The translations under genes and the position numbers were made by a program. A model generated the notes under the pieces. That model searched no databases and was not told where the DNA came from. It saw only the letters and a program-made list of their open reading frames with translations. From Candidatus Harrisonbacteria bacterium (GTDB lineage: Bacteria; Patescibacteriota; Minisyncoccia; UBA6257; UBA11618), in NCBI GenBank assembly GCA_016867415.1, contig VGJO01000001.1:7823-71822 (forward strand): DNA of 64,000 nt. Direction: 5' to 3'. Of the stretch, positions 9,863 through 18,894 are shown piece by piece (within the stretch, counting starts at the first letter, position 1; every line of letters begins with the position of its first letter).

Positions 9863-10065
9863 TTCTAATTGTACCTGATAATAAAAATCCTAAAAACACC
9901 CTCTCAAAAACCTTAACCCCAAATTTTTCATTTATCAGCTCAAATGTAGTAAATACAAAATTTTAAATAGGTAATACAGTGTACTTTCTATCAAATATTA
10001 GAAAAAATAGGCAAGAAAATCATCATATTTTGTCTTTTTCTAATAAAATTGCTACTTTGTAGGGC

Positions 10066-10569
10066 ATGGTTATGCAAACTTTTTCCGGCGACGGCGTAAG
10101 ACTTCAGTCCGGCGGGATTGATATCATATTCGAGCCCAAAGAAGGCGCTATTCCCGCCCGCACCAAAACCAACATTTTTATAAAATCAAAAAGACCCTTC
10201 GAGACCGATGAGCTAAAAGACATAGCAGACAGAGTGATTGCCGGTCCCGGCGAATATGATGTGAAAGGAATTGAGATGTGGGGGTCTCCCGACTGGAGCT
10301 ATCTTCTGCGCGCCGAAAATATCTATATAGGTTTCCTAGGAAGCGAAGAGGGAAATGAGTTGATCGCCAAGGCCGAAGTAATCTTCTTGAAGAACAAAGC
10401 TAAAATGGCCGCATTTAGCAAGCAATTTGAAGCTAAAGTCATAATTGTCCTCGACGACAAAGCTGATCAAGTAGAAAAAGAATTAGGCCTCAAAGCCGAA
10501 TCTTTAGAAAAAATCACCTTAAAAAAGAAAGACCTTGCAAGCGAAGTAAAGCTCTACATATTAAAATAA
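10066..10569 (+). CDS. Degenerate metallo-beta-lactamase-fold (Lactamase_B_3-like) protein
   Basis: 'IAGPGEYDVKGI' and C-terminal 'LEKITLKKKDL' seen in CPR MBL-fold proteins; His metal ligands absent. Confidence 0.65.
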   Translation: MVMQTFSGDGVRLQSGGIDIIFEPKEGAIPARTKTNIFIKSKRPFETDELKDIADRVIAGPGEYDVKGIEMWGSPDWSYLLRAENIYIGFLGSEEGNELIAKAEVIFLKNKAKMAAFSKQFEAKVIIVLDDKADQVEKELGLKAESLEKITLKKKDLASEVKLYILK

Positions 10570-10611
10570 AAAGTAAGAAAGATTTGCATCTAAAATACTT
10601 AAAAGCCTCAT

Positions 10612-10895
10612 AAAAAAACTCCTTGCTCTCATAAAGAAAACAAGGAGTAATTCTATACATTCCGGGCAGAAGTATTTCTACTTCAATTAGATGAGAAAGT
10701 AAGAAAACTCGAAACACCCCTCTCACCCTAAACCCACATTTTTTGAACTAAGGAAGGGAAGACCAGAGTCCAAGAAAAACCTGCCGCGAGGCGAGTCGTT
10801 TCAATAAGAAAGGGTCATTCTTATCTATCCCTCGGAAGACCACTCTACGCCTTACATCGGGAAGTATATAGAATTTTTCACCAAAGAACTAAAAA
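10612..10895 (-). ncRNA. Candidate structured ncRNA (minus strand) with terminator
   Basis: Closing helix 10649-10664/10858-10875 (G-U pairs only on minus strand); terminator ACTCCTTGTTTTC-TTTAT-GAGAGCAAGGAGT-TTTTTT; upstream TTTACT-N18-TAGAAT; no credible ORF. Confidence 0.45.
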
Positions 10896-10991
10896 CACCC
10901 TTACTATTCTATAATTATTTTATTTAAAAAGTAAAAATGTACTATTTATAAAGGTTATTGACTATATTGAGAGATATGATATATTTATAAA

Positions 10992-11296
10992 GTTACTTGG
11001 AATCATGTAGCCGGGTTGGGGTGCTCAACTTCCTCTTTTAATAAAGGATATCCGTGTTGATCCGCGATCACCCGTAGTCGTTCCTTGGTTTCTCCCTCTT
11101 TTTTTTTGAATTCACCCAGCGCCCGAAATGGTGCCTCGGCCAAATAGTCAAATAAACAAAGATTTTGGTCGAGAGAATGAAGGCAGACCATGAAGATTCG
11201 TCGTCTCCTCATTCCTCCGTAGTACTTGACTGCGGACCCCCTCTTACCCTCCGCTTCACGTATTCCCCTCAAAGGAACGTGAAGCGGTATTTTTTT
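10992..11296 (+). other. Orphan transcription unit (ncRNA or decayed gene)
   Basis: TTGACT-N16-TATATT promoter at 10958-10985; strong terminator CCGCTTCACGT...ACGTGAAGCGG-TATTTTTTT at 11251-11296; only short or broken ORFs between. Confidence 0.35.
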
Positions 11297-11412
11297 AGCA
11301 AAAATCCCTTGCAAAACCCCCGAAAATACTCTATAATAAGCCCAACTTCTTTTTCTTTAGAAAATTTTCATAACAAACCTAATAAAAGAATAAAGAAGCC
11401 AATTACAAACCA

Positions 11413-12507
11413 ATGAAAATACTTTCCGCAAAGAAAAATGCCTCTCCCTTGGCCAAGATAGTAAAGGAGAATCCCAATGCAGTCGTGGTGCTCAAGACCG
11501 ATGAGCACGTTGAAGCCAAATATTTAAAAAAGACCAACAAAGCCGCTTTTTTTGATCTCGGTCGCCATGGCACTGGCGTCATCTATGGCTTTGAGCTCAT
11601 CAATTCTCAAGACGCACTCAAAGAAGTGAATCCTGGCGACACTCTCCTTGTGAAAGTGGTCGACGTGGAAAACGAAGATGGCTACATTGAGCTCTCCCTC
11701 CGCGAGACTCATAAGCAAAAGGCCTGGGACAAAGTGAAGGAACTCAAAGAAGTCGGCGAGCCGATCATGGTTCGTATTGAAGGTGCCAATACTGGCGGCC
11801 TCATCACCGATCTCCACGGCCTCAAAGCCTTCCTCCCTGTCTCCCAGCTCTCGGCCGAACATTACCCCGATATTGGCGAAGGTGATAAGAGTAAACTCCT
11901 CGAAGAGCTAAAAAAGTTTGTCGGCGAGACCTTCAAGGTCAAGATTCTTGATCTTAATCCTCGCACCAACAAGCTCATCATCTCCGAGCGCGCACTCATG
12001 GCAGTGAATCTCGTCGAGCGCCTCTCTACCTACAAAATAGGAGACATCATCGACGGCATCGTGACCGGCGTCGCTGACTTCGGCGCTTTTGTGAAGTTTG
12101 CAAACGACACCGATCTTGAAGGTCTCATTCACATCTCCGAGCTCTCCCACAGCCTTATCGAAAATCCGAAGGAGATCTTAAAGATTGACGATGTGGTCAA
12201 AGCCAAGATCGTCGATATCAAAGATGGCCGCGTCTCCCTTTCCTTAAAAGCCTTAGTGCCTAATCCTTGGGATGAAGTCGGGAGCAAGTTTAAAGCTGGT
12301 GACGTTGTGGAAGGTGTTGTGAATCGCTTCAATCCTTTTGGCGCCTTCATCGGCCTTAAAAAGAATATCCAGGGCTTGATCCACGTCTCTGAATTCGGAT
12401 CTGTGGAAGAGATGAAAAAGAAGCTCGAAATCGGCAAGAATTATCACTTCACCGTCGAAGTAGTGAAACCCGAAGAAAAAAGAATTGTGCTTAAATTAAA
12501 AAAATAA
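11413..12507 (+). CDS. rpsA: 30S ribosomal protein S1 (four S1 domains)
   Basis: Repeated S1 motifs: AFLPVSQL, FGAFV...EGLIHISELS, FGAFI...GLIHVSEF. Confidence 0.92.
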   Translation: MKILSAKKNASPLAKIVKENPNAVVVLKTDEHVEAKYLKKTNKAAFFDLGRHGTGVIYGFELINSQDALKEVNPGDTLLVKVVDVENEDGYIELSLRETHKQKAWDKVKELKEVGEPIMVRIEGANTGGLITDLHGLKAFLPVSQLSAEHYPDIGEGDKSKLLEELKKFVGETFKVKILDLNPRTNKLIISERALMAVNLVERLSTYKIGDIIDGIVTGVADFGAFVKFANDTDLEGLIHISELSHSLIENPKEILKIDDVVKAKIVDIKDGRVSLSLKALVPNPWDEVGSKFKAGDVVEGVVNRFNPFGAFIGLKKNIQGLIHVSEFGSVEEMKKKLEIGKNYHFTVEVVKPEEKRIVLKLKK

Positions 12508-12511
12508 ATTC

Positions 12512-12772
12512 ATGTTAAGTCCTCGACAAAAGAAAAACGTCATGAAAGACATTTCTATTCATGACAAAGATACTGGTTCTACTGGCGTCCAGATCGGCCT
12601 GATCACCAAGTCGGTCAACGAGCTCGTCTCTCACTTAAAGAAAAACCCAAAAGACAATCACTCCCGACGGGGCCTCTTGAAGATGGTTGGCAAGCGCCGC
12701 CGCCTCCTAAAGTATATGGAGACGCATGACGAAAAAGGCTACAAAGCCCTCATCAAAAAGCTCGATCTCTAA
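12512..12772 (+). CDS. rpsO: 30S ribosomal protein S15
   Basis: DTGSTGVQI, KDNHSRRGLLKMVGKRRRLLKY. Confidence 0.98.
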   Translation: MLSPRQKKNVMKDISIHDKDTGSTGVQIGLITKSVNELVSHLKKNPKDNHSRRGLLKMVGKRRRLLKYMETHDEKGYKALIKKLDL

Positions 12773-12973
12773 TTCTTTTTTTCTTCAGTAGATCTGTTTC
12801 ACCCAGGAATTTTTCCCTTCAGAAAAATTCCTGCCCCGTGACCGTTTTTTCAAGCTATTAATTTTCCCTTTTAAAACCTGAAAGAATTTTCATTAAAAAA
12901 AAATTATAAAATAATATCTGCATTACCTCCCTCATTTAAAAACATAAAAAAGGGGAAATAATGCGCGTACACA

Positions 12974-13096
12974 TGCGAAGTAATTTTGGAGGACTTTTCG
13001 ATTTTATTTCTGAGCAGCGAACGGAACATACTGGAGCCAAGTCTGTGAGCACGCAACGCAAGAAAAAAATCGAAAAGAGCCCAAAAGTACGAGCAC
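12974..13096 (+). repeat. Dispersed hairpin element family 1, copy B
   Basis: CTTTTCGATTTTATTTCT...GAGCAGCGAACGGAACATAC-loop-GTCTGTGAGCACGCAACGC...AGAAAAAAATCGAAAAG. Confidence 0.85.
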
Positions 13097-13103
13097 TAAA
13101 TAT

Positions 13104-13955
13104 ATGATAAAAAATCGTGAACAGAGAGTTGGAATTTTTATTGATATCCAAAACCTCTACCACTCCTCAAAAAACCTCTACTCTGCAAGAGTAAATTATA
13201 AAGAACTCATGGACACGCTTGTCGCAGATAGGAAGCTCGTCCGGGCTATTGGCTATGTCGTCAAGACCGAATCCACTCTTGGCGAATCCTCCTTCTTTGA
13301 TGCCTTGGTAAAGTCCGGTATTGATCTTCGGATGAAAGATATCCAGATCTTCCCTGATGGCATGAAAAAAGCCGACTGGGATGTCGGCCTCGCTATCGAT
13401 GCCGTCCGCTTAAGTAACGCCCTCGACGTCGTCGTCCTCGTGACCGGCGATGGCGACTTCGTCCCACTCGTCGAGTATCTCCGCTGGGGCCTTGGTAAGA
13501 CCGTTGAGGTCGCCGCTTTTGGTCGCAGCGCTTCAAGTAAGCTCAAAGAATCCGCCGACGAATTTATTAATATGGATGAGTTAAACAAAGTCGTCATGCG
13601 CCGACCTGATATCTTTAATAGCAGAAACAATAACAACCAAAACCAATCTTTTGATCGTTTTCCAAGACGCACAAGCTCTCTCCGAAATGAAGGAGGGGAT
13701 CTTTCTTTTGCTAAATCAAAATATCGGGAAGACATCTCTCGCCTTTCAAGAGATGATGAAGAGTATGTGAGAAAGATAGAGACCGGAGAAGCCTCTCAAG
13801 ATGCGGGAAATAAGAAAAAACCCGCCCGCCGTATCCGGGGAAAAAGTGCTCTCACAGAAAAAAAGTCTGAAGCTAAAAATCCCATCCGCACCCGCAAGAA
13901 AATAAATGAAGATAAAAAAACCAACGAATCATATCTCAATGAACGCAACAACTAA
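13104..13955 (+). CDS. NYN-domain (LabA/DUF88) protein with disordered C-terminal tail
   Basis: FIDIQNL, KADWDVGLAIDA, LVTGDGDFVPLV, LKESADEFI. Confidence 0.92.
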   Translation: MIKNREQRVGIFIDIQNLYHSSKNLYSARVNYKELMDTLVADRKLVRAIGYVVKTESTLGESSFFDALVKSGIDLRMKDIQIFPDGMKKADWDVGLAIDAVRLSNALDVVVLVTGDGDFVPLVEYLRWGLGKTVEVAAFGRSASSKLKESADEFINMDELNKVVMRRPDIFNSRNNNNQNQSFDRFPRRTSSLRNEGGDLSFAKSKYREDISRLSRDDEEYVRKIETGEASQDAGNKKKPARRIRGKSALTEKKSEAKNPIRTRKKINEDKKTNESYLNERNN

Positions 13956-16035
13956 AAAAGTTTTTAAGACTGAATTTGCCGGCCGACCTCTCGAATTTGA
14001 AGTGGGGGAACTCGCTTTTCGCGCCACCAAAGCCGTTCTTGGCCGATACGGTGACACCGAAGTTTTAGTCACCGTCGTGATGGGGGAGTTGGACACTAAT
14101 TTAGATTACATGCCTCTCACCGTAGATTTCGAAGAGCGTTTCTATGCCATCGGCAAGATCCTTGGGAGTCGTTACACTCGCCGCGAAGGAAAATCTTCTG
14201 ATGAAGCTGTCCTCTCCGGCCGGGTCATCGATCGCACCATTCGCCCCCTCTTTGATCAGCGCCTCCGCCGTGAGATCCAAGTCGTCGTCACCACTCTCGC
14301 TCTCGATGGCGAGAATGATCACAATTTTCTTTCTTTAGTAACTGCTTCTCTTGCCCTTCACCTCTCCTCTATTCCTTGGCAAGGACCAGTCGCCGGCGTA
14401 AATCTCGCCGAAGTTGATAACAAAATCCTCGTAAACCCCAAAAATTCAGAAAGCGTCGAAAATACCTTTGAGGGTTTTATCTCTGGTCCCAAAGGCCGGA
14501 TTAATATGATTGAGATCGAAGGCCTAAATGCTCATGAAGAAAAAATCCTCACTGCTTTCAAAGCGGGTCAGGAAGCTATTGATAGCTTGATCGATTTTCA
14601 GGAAAGTATTCGCAAAGAAATCGGCGATAAAAAAATAGATGCCGTACTTGCTTCTTCAAATGCTGATTTGAAAAAAGAAATAAAAGAAAAATTAGGCAAT
14701 GACCTAGAAGCCGCTCTCTTTTTAGGAAAGCGCGACGCAAGCGAAAAGGGAGTAAAAGAGCTTCTTGTAAATCTTATAAAAAGTTATGAAGACAATGGAG
14801 CCGATGAAAAAAGCATAAAAGAACTCTCGCATATTTTCGAAGAACTTTCTGATGAGCTCGTCCACCAAAACGCCTTAGAAAAAAATCTCCGCCCTGATAA
14901 CCGCGGCTTTGAGGAAATCCGCCCTCTAGAGGGGAAAGTCTCCGTCATCAAGCGTGCTCACGGCTCCGCTCTCTTCACGCGCGGCGAGACTCAATCTCTT
15001 GCAGTAGTCACCCTTGCTTCTCCCGACTCCGAAAAAATCGTCGAATCCATTGAAGGCATTCAAAACAAGAGCTTCATGCTTCACTATAATTTTCCGCCAT
15101 ATTCCACGGGTGAAGTCGGTCGGATGCGCGGCCCTGGTCGCCGCGAAATCGGTCATGGCTCTTTAGCCGAAAAAGCTCTCCGCCGCTTAATTCCAAAAAA
15201 AGAGCTCTTCCCATATATCATTCGAATAGTCTCTGAAATCCTTTCTTCCAACGGCTCCTCTTCCATGGCCTCAGTCTGCGCGGGCACGCTCGCGATGATG
15301 GACGCCGGCATTCCTCTTCTTGCTCCCGCCGCCGGTATTGCTATTGGCCTCATGAGTAATGAAAAAGGGGATTATAAGATTTTGACCGACATTCAAGGCG
15401 CAGAGGATCACTATGGAGATATGGACTTCAAAGTTGCCGGCACCGAAACTGGTATTACCGCCATCCAGCTTGATACTAAAGTTTCAGGCATCACTCTTAA
15501 TACCATAAAAGACGCCCTAGAAGCGGGGAAAAAAGCCCGTAAGGAAATTCTCGAAACAATCATCTCAACAATTAGTGCCCCCCGTGCCGCTCTTTCTCCC
15601 TTTGCCCCCTCAGTCTTTTCAGTCTCTATCAATCCCGACAAGATTGGCTTATTGATCGGCCCCGGCGGCAAGACTATTAATAGCATCATTGCCGATACTG
15701 GCATCGATAATATTGATGTGAATCAAGATGGTAAGATCTATGTCTACGCGAGCAACCAAGAAAAAGGCTGGCGCGCCAGAGAACGGATCGAACAACTAAC
15801 GAAAGACTATTCAATAGGCGACATCGTCACTGGCAAAATCGTCCGTATCTTTGAATTCGGCGCTATTCTCGAATTCGCTCCTGGTAAAGACGGTATGATC
15901 CACGTCTCCGAACTCAAAGATGGTTTCGTTAAAAAAGTAGAAGATGTGGTAAAGCTTGGCGAAGAAGTCACGGCCAAAATCGTAAAAATGGAAGGCGACA
16001 AAATCGGCCTCTCCCTCAAAGCCCTCAAAAAGTAG
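13939..16035 (+). CDS. pnp: Polyribonucleotide nucleotidyltransferase
   Basis: RREIGHG, SNGSSSMAS, GDMDFKVAGT, KH (IGPGGKTI) and S1 domains; start taken at MNATT. Confidence 0.97.
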   Translation: MNATTKKVFKTEFAGRPLEFEVGELAFRATKAVLGRYGDTEVLVTVVMGELDTNLDYMPLTVDFEERFYAIGKILGSRYTRREGKSSDEAVLSGRVIDRTIRPLFDQRLRREIQVVVTTLALDGENDHNFLSLVTASLALHLSSIPWQGPVAGVNLAEVDNKILVNPKNSESVENTFEGFISGPKGRINMIEIEGLNAHEEKILTAFKAGQEAIDSLIDFQESIRKEIGDKKIDAVLASSNADLKKEIKEKLGNDLEAALFLGKRDASEKGVKELLVNLIKSYEDNGADEKSIKELSHIFEELSDELVHQNALEKNLRPDNRGFEEIRPLEGKVSVIKRAHGSALFTRGETQSLAVVTLASPDSEKIVESIEGIQNKSFMLHYNFPPYSTGEVGRMRGPGRREIGHGSLAEKALRRLIPKKELFPYIIRIVSEILSSNGSSSMASVCAGTLAMMDAGIPLLAPAAGIAIGLMSNEKGDYKILTDIQGAEDHYGDMDFKVAGTETGITAIQLDTKVSGITLNTIKDALEAGKKARKEILETIISTISAPRAALSPFAPSVFSVSINPDKIGLLIGPGGKTINSIIADTGIDNIDVNQDGKIYVYASNQEKGWRARERIEQLTKDYSIGDIVTGKIVRIFEFGAILEFAPGKDGMIHVSELKDGFVKKVEDVVKLGEEVTAKIVKMEGDKIGLSLKALKK

Positions 16036-16068
16036 ATTGTCATTCCGGAATCTATAATCCTAAATAAA

Positions 16069-16160
16069 AAGGCTGGGACGTGGCACCGGCCCTCCAAAGG
16101 GGTGAATCTCTTTTATAAAAAAGTTGAAGACTTTTTATTCGCCCCTCCACCTCCCCTCTG
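16069..16160 (+). repeat. Family 4 segment preceding a family 2 element
   Basis: GGCCCTCCAAAG(G/A)GGTG(A/G)ATCT...CCCTCCACC shared with 28579-28692. Confidence 0.6.
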
Positions 16161-16200
16161 ATCTCCCTAATATCCCTTTTTCTCTAATAATGCGCTAAGA

Positions 16201-16373
16201 GAAACTTTTTATTTCCCTTGAATGGCTTTCTGGAGGAGAAAAGCATGGTTTTTTCATGATATTATTTTTTTCTTCTTATTCCCCAAAAATAACATCGTGA
16301 AAAATTTTCTCTGAAGCCTAAATAAAAAATTACTGGAGTTTTTATGGGTCATGAAGGGGAAAGAAAAAGTTTC
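16201..16373. repeat. Dispersed ~173-bp element family 2, copy 2
   Basis: Terminal IR GAAACTTTTTATTTCCCTT/AAGGGGAAAGAAAAAGTTTC; same internal layout as copy 1. Confidence 0.85.
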
Positions 16374-16411
16374 TAAAAAAATTTAAATAATATGATAAAA
16401 TAATTACTACT

Positions 16412-17878
16412 ATGGACATGGATCCCAAAAAAAATAATCCTGACCCAAGTTCTTGGGACTCTTTTTTCAAAGAAGGCACTGTTCCGCCGACTTCTCCTGC
16501 CTCTGAATCTCCTAAAGAAATCCTTCCCCAATCTACTGAAACATCCCCACCCTTCAATCCTTTCGCCTCAGTAAATAACACCTCTCAACCTTCTCCTGCT
16601 CCCACCCCTGAGCCCATGAAAGAAACTGCCGCTCCGCCTTCCCGAATTCCTTTTGAAAACAGTAAATTTTTCGATCCTAAGTCTATCTCTTCTACTCCTG
16701 AACCTATTAAACCTATTGAAGAATCTCATTCCGAACCTATCGAAGAAATAAAAATCACTCCTAAAGTTCCAAACGAGCATTCACCCTTCTTTGCTCCCGA
16801 AAATCCTTTCAACTTTCCTAATAGCTCAGTAAATAATCCATTTAAAGACGCTAAAGAAAATCAGCCTAAAGCCCAGAGCATTGAAGCCGGCCTTCCCGAA
16901 ACTCGCAGCCTTCCCGAAATGCAGCTTCGCACCATGAGTTCCGACCTTGCTTCAATAAAAAGCTCCGGCGGCAACCTCCCCGAAGCTCTCATAGTTAGCG
17001 AAAAAGAGCTCGACACTAAAAGCCCTCTTTTCAAACCCGAGACCACCATTCCCCAAAGTCCCGCGAATGACATTTTAGTAGAAAAAAAATCAGGCCTAAG
17101 TCTCCCGATAAAAACCCTCCTAATTTTCCTCGCACTGATCGTCCTAGGTGGTCTCGGCTTTATTATCTACTTCCTCATGAAAGACCTCTTCTTTCCCGAA
17201 ACCTTAGATCTTTCTCCTTCAGTTAATATCGAGCCAAATACTCCCGCAATGACTATTGATCGCATGCCGCCAGAGACAAGAGAGGAGCCGACCATGCTTC
17301 CTCACACCTCCGCCTTTGGCCTCACCCCCGAGTCAAAAGATCTCGCCGTTATTCAGATCAATAATTATAATCTCGTCGACATCCTATCCGCCTTCCAGGG
17401 TAAAGTTAACCTCACTCGCCCCGAAGACACTCTCCAAGAAATTGTCGTTGGTACTCCGGAAGGTCAGGCTATTTTCTCTAAATATTTCCTCACCCTCCTC
17501 CCCGAGCTCCAAGGCGCGCCCTTAAGCGCCGCTCTCGAGACCTACTTCGACAAAGACTTCACTGCCTTCCTCTACTACGAAAAAGGAAAAGCCTATCCAG
17601 GCCTCATCGCCAAAAAACTGCCCAATAGCAACTTCGATCCCGAACTTCTCAAAAATATCGAATCTGCTTCCTTAAAAAATCTCTACCTCGCTCTGCCCAA
17701 GGGAGAGATCAGCCCTTTCAAGGATAGTGTCATCGCTGGCGTCACCACCCGCTATGGAAGTTTCTTCGAAGATCGTCCCGCCGCGGTCAACTACGGTCTC
17801 TTCGGTGATAATCTCATTATCACTACTACCAACAAATCCCTCTTCAAAGTCCTCGATCTCCTCCGCGCCTCCAACTGA
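16412..17878 (+). CDS. Hypothetical membrane protein with Pro-rich disordered N-terminus
   Basis: 488 aa; Pro/Ser-rich first half, 'LRTMSSDL' motif, single TM, globular C-terminal domain. Confidence 0.85.
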   Translation: MDMDPKKNNPDPSSWDSFFKEGTVPPTSPASESPKEILPQSTETSPPFNPFASVNNTSQPSPAPTPEPMKETAAPPSRIPFENSKFFDPKSISSTPEPIKPIEESHSEPIEEIKITPKVPNEHSPFFAPENPFNFPNSSVNNPFKDAKENQPKAQSIEAGLPETRSLPEMQLRTMSSDLASIKSSGGNLPEALIVSEKELDTKSPLFKPETTIPQSPANDILVEKKSGLSLPIKTLLIFLALIVLGGLGFIIYFLMKDLFFPETLDLSPSVNIEPNTPAMTIDRMPPETREEPTMLPHTSAFGLTPESKDLAVIQINNYNLVDILSAFQGKVNLTRPEDTLQEIVVGTPEGQAIFSKYFLTLLPELQGAPLSAALETYFDKDFTAFLYYEKGKAYPGLIAKKLPNSNFDPELLKNIESASLKNLYLALPKGEISPFKDSVIAGVTTRYGSFFEDRPAAVNYGLFGDNLIITTTNKSLFKVLDLLRASN

Positions 17879-17879
17879 T

Positions 17880-17909
17880 TGTCATTCCGGCCTCCGAGCC
17901 GGAATCCAG
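17880..17909 (+). repeat. REP/RPE-like short palindrome (family 3)
   Basis: TGTCATTCCGGCCTCCGAGCCGGAATCCAG. Confidence 0.85.
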
Positions 17910-17940
17910 TACATTTTCTATCAAATTAATTTTAAAAAGA

Positions 17941-17970
17941 AAAAAGCGGCGACCTTACAGCCACCGCTTG
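17941..17970 (-). terminator. Intrinsic terminator of the 18003-18716 gene
   Basis: Minus strand AAGCGGTGGCT-GTA-AGGTCGCCGCTTTTT with G-U pairs and U tract. Confidence 0.75.
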
Positions 17971-18002
17971 TTTGAGATTTTTCCGTCTTCCCGTGATGCG
18001 CC

Positions 18003-18716
18003 TCAGGTCGCGACGGTATCATTAGCTACAGCAGTTGCCGAAGCCACTTCTTCCGTCTCAGCGTCCTGAGCTTCTTTCGCCGCCTTGAGAATATCCCGCC
18101 GTGTGCAAGGCGAAATATGCTCCTTCTTGCGCAATCCTCGCACCTGGGAGACTCGGAGACCAGCGATTTTGGCGATCATCGTGTCCGGCAACTTGCCCAA
18201 GAACGGCCGAATCTTCTTTTCGATATCGACCACCTCCGGAAATCCGTAGATAATCCCAATCGAAGTAAACGCATTCCGAAGCGTCCCGTGATGCACGATG
18301 GTGCTGTGATAGAGCGCCGGATCCTCCCGCCTGAAAGCGTCAGGATCCAACACCTCTTTCCCACGCAATCGAGCGAGCGACTGGCTAGCGCAAAAAAAGG
18401 GCACTTCCATCGCCGACACCAACTCTTGCCACACAAGCTTCGGCGGAAAGCGATGGCCACATCTCGTACAAGTAGTGTTAAGATCGTTCGGATCATCCAC
18501 AAATCCTTTGAGGATCTCGGCCGGCGTCAAAGACCGATTGCATTTGGGACAAAGCGCCTGCGGCCGAAACTTCTCATGACCATGGATAGCGCCCACCAAT
18601 TCCAATCGCATACTGAGCATCTGCGCCTGGCAGAGCATCCGCTGTGCCTGCGTCATCCGCTGTGCCTGCGTCATCCGCTGTTCCATTGAATGGTGCTGAG
18701 AAAAAGTAAGCATCAT
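18003..18716 (-). CDS. Orphan zinc-binding protein with C-terminal HTH-like motif
   Basis: 237 aa; Gln-rich N-terminal repeats (QRMTQA), CPKC...CTRC zinc ligands, 'LGKLPDTMIAKIAGLRVSQVRGLRKKEHI' HTH-like segment; own promoter, GAAGGA RBS and terminator. Confidence 0.85.
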   Translation of the reverse strand: MMLTFSQHHSMEQRMTQAQRMTQAQRMLCQAQMLSMRLELVGAIHGHEKFRPQALCPKCNRSLTPAEILKGFVDDPNDLNTTCTRCGHRFPPKLVWQELVSAMEVPFFCASQSLARLRGKEVLDPDAFRREDPALYHSTIVHHGTLRNAFTSIGIIYGFPEVVDIEKKIRPFLGKLPDTMIAKIAGLRVSQVRGLRKKEHISPCTRRDILKAAKEAQDAETEEVASATAVANDTVAT

Positions 18717-18788
18717 AATTCAAATTCCTTCACAAAGAAGAAGAGGGGAGAAACCAACTTTTCAAAGTCCTTTCAGACTAACACACCT

Positions 18789-18817
18789 GTTATAGCACAC
18801 TAAAAATCCAATGTCAA
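18789..18817 (-). promoter_or_regulatory. sigma70 promoter for the zinc-binding protein
   Basis: Minus strand TTGACA-N17-TATAAC with extended TG; followed by boxA-like GGACTTTGAAAA (18770-18759). Confidence 0.8.
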
Positions 18818-18860
18818 TATTTTGTCAACTTGACAAAAATAGATAAAAACCAATAGGGTA

Positions 18861-18888
18861 TTGACATAGGCTGTGGATATGCTATAAT
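18861..18888 (+). promoter_or_regulatory. sigma70 promoter for the large ncRNA candidate
   Basis: TTGACA-N16-TATAAT with extended TG; both hexamers perfect. Confidence 0.85.
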
Positions 18889-18894
18889 AGTTTT

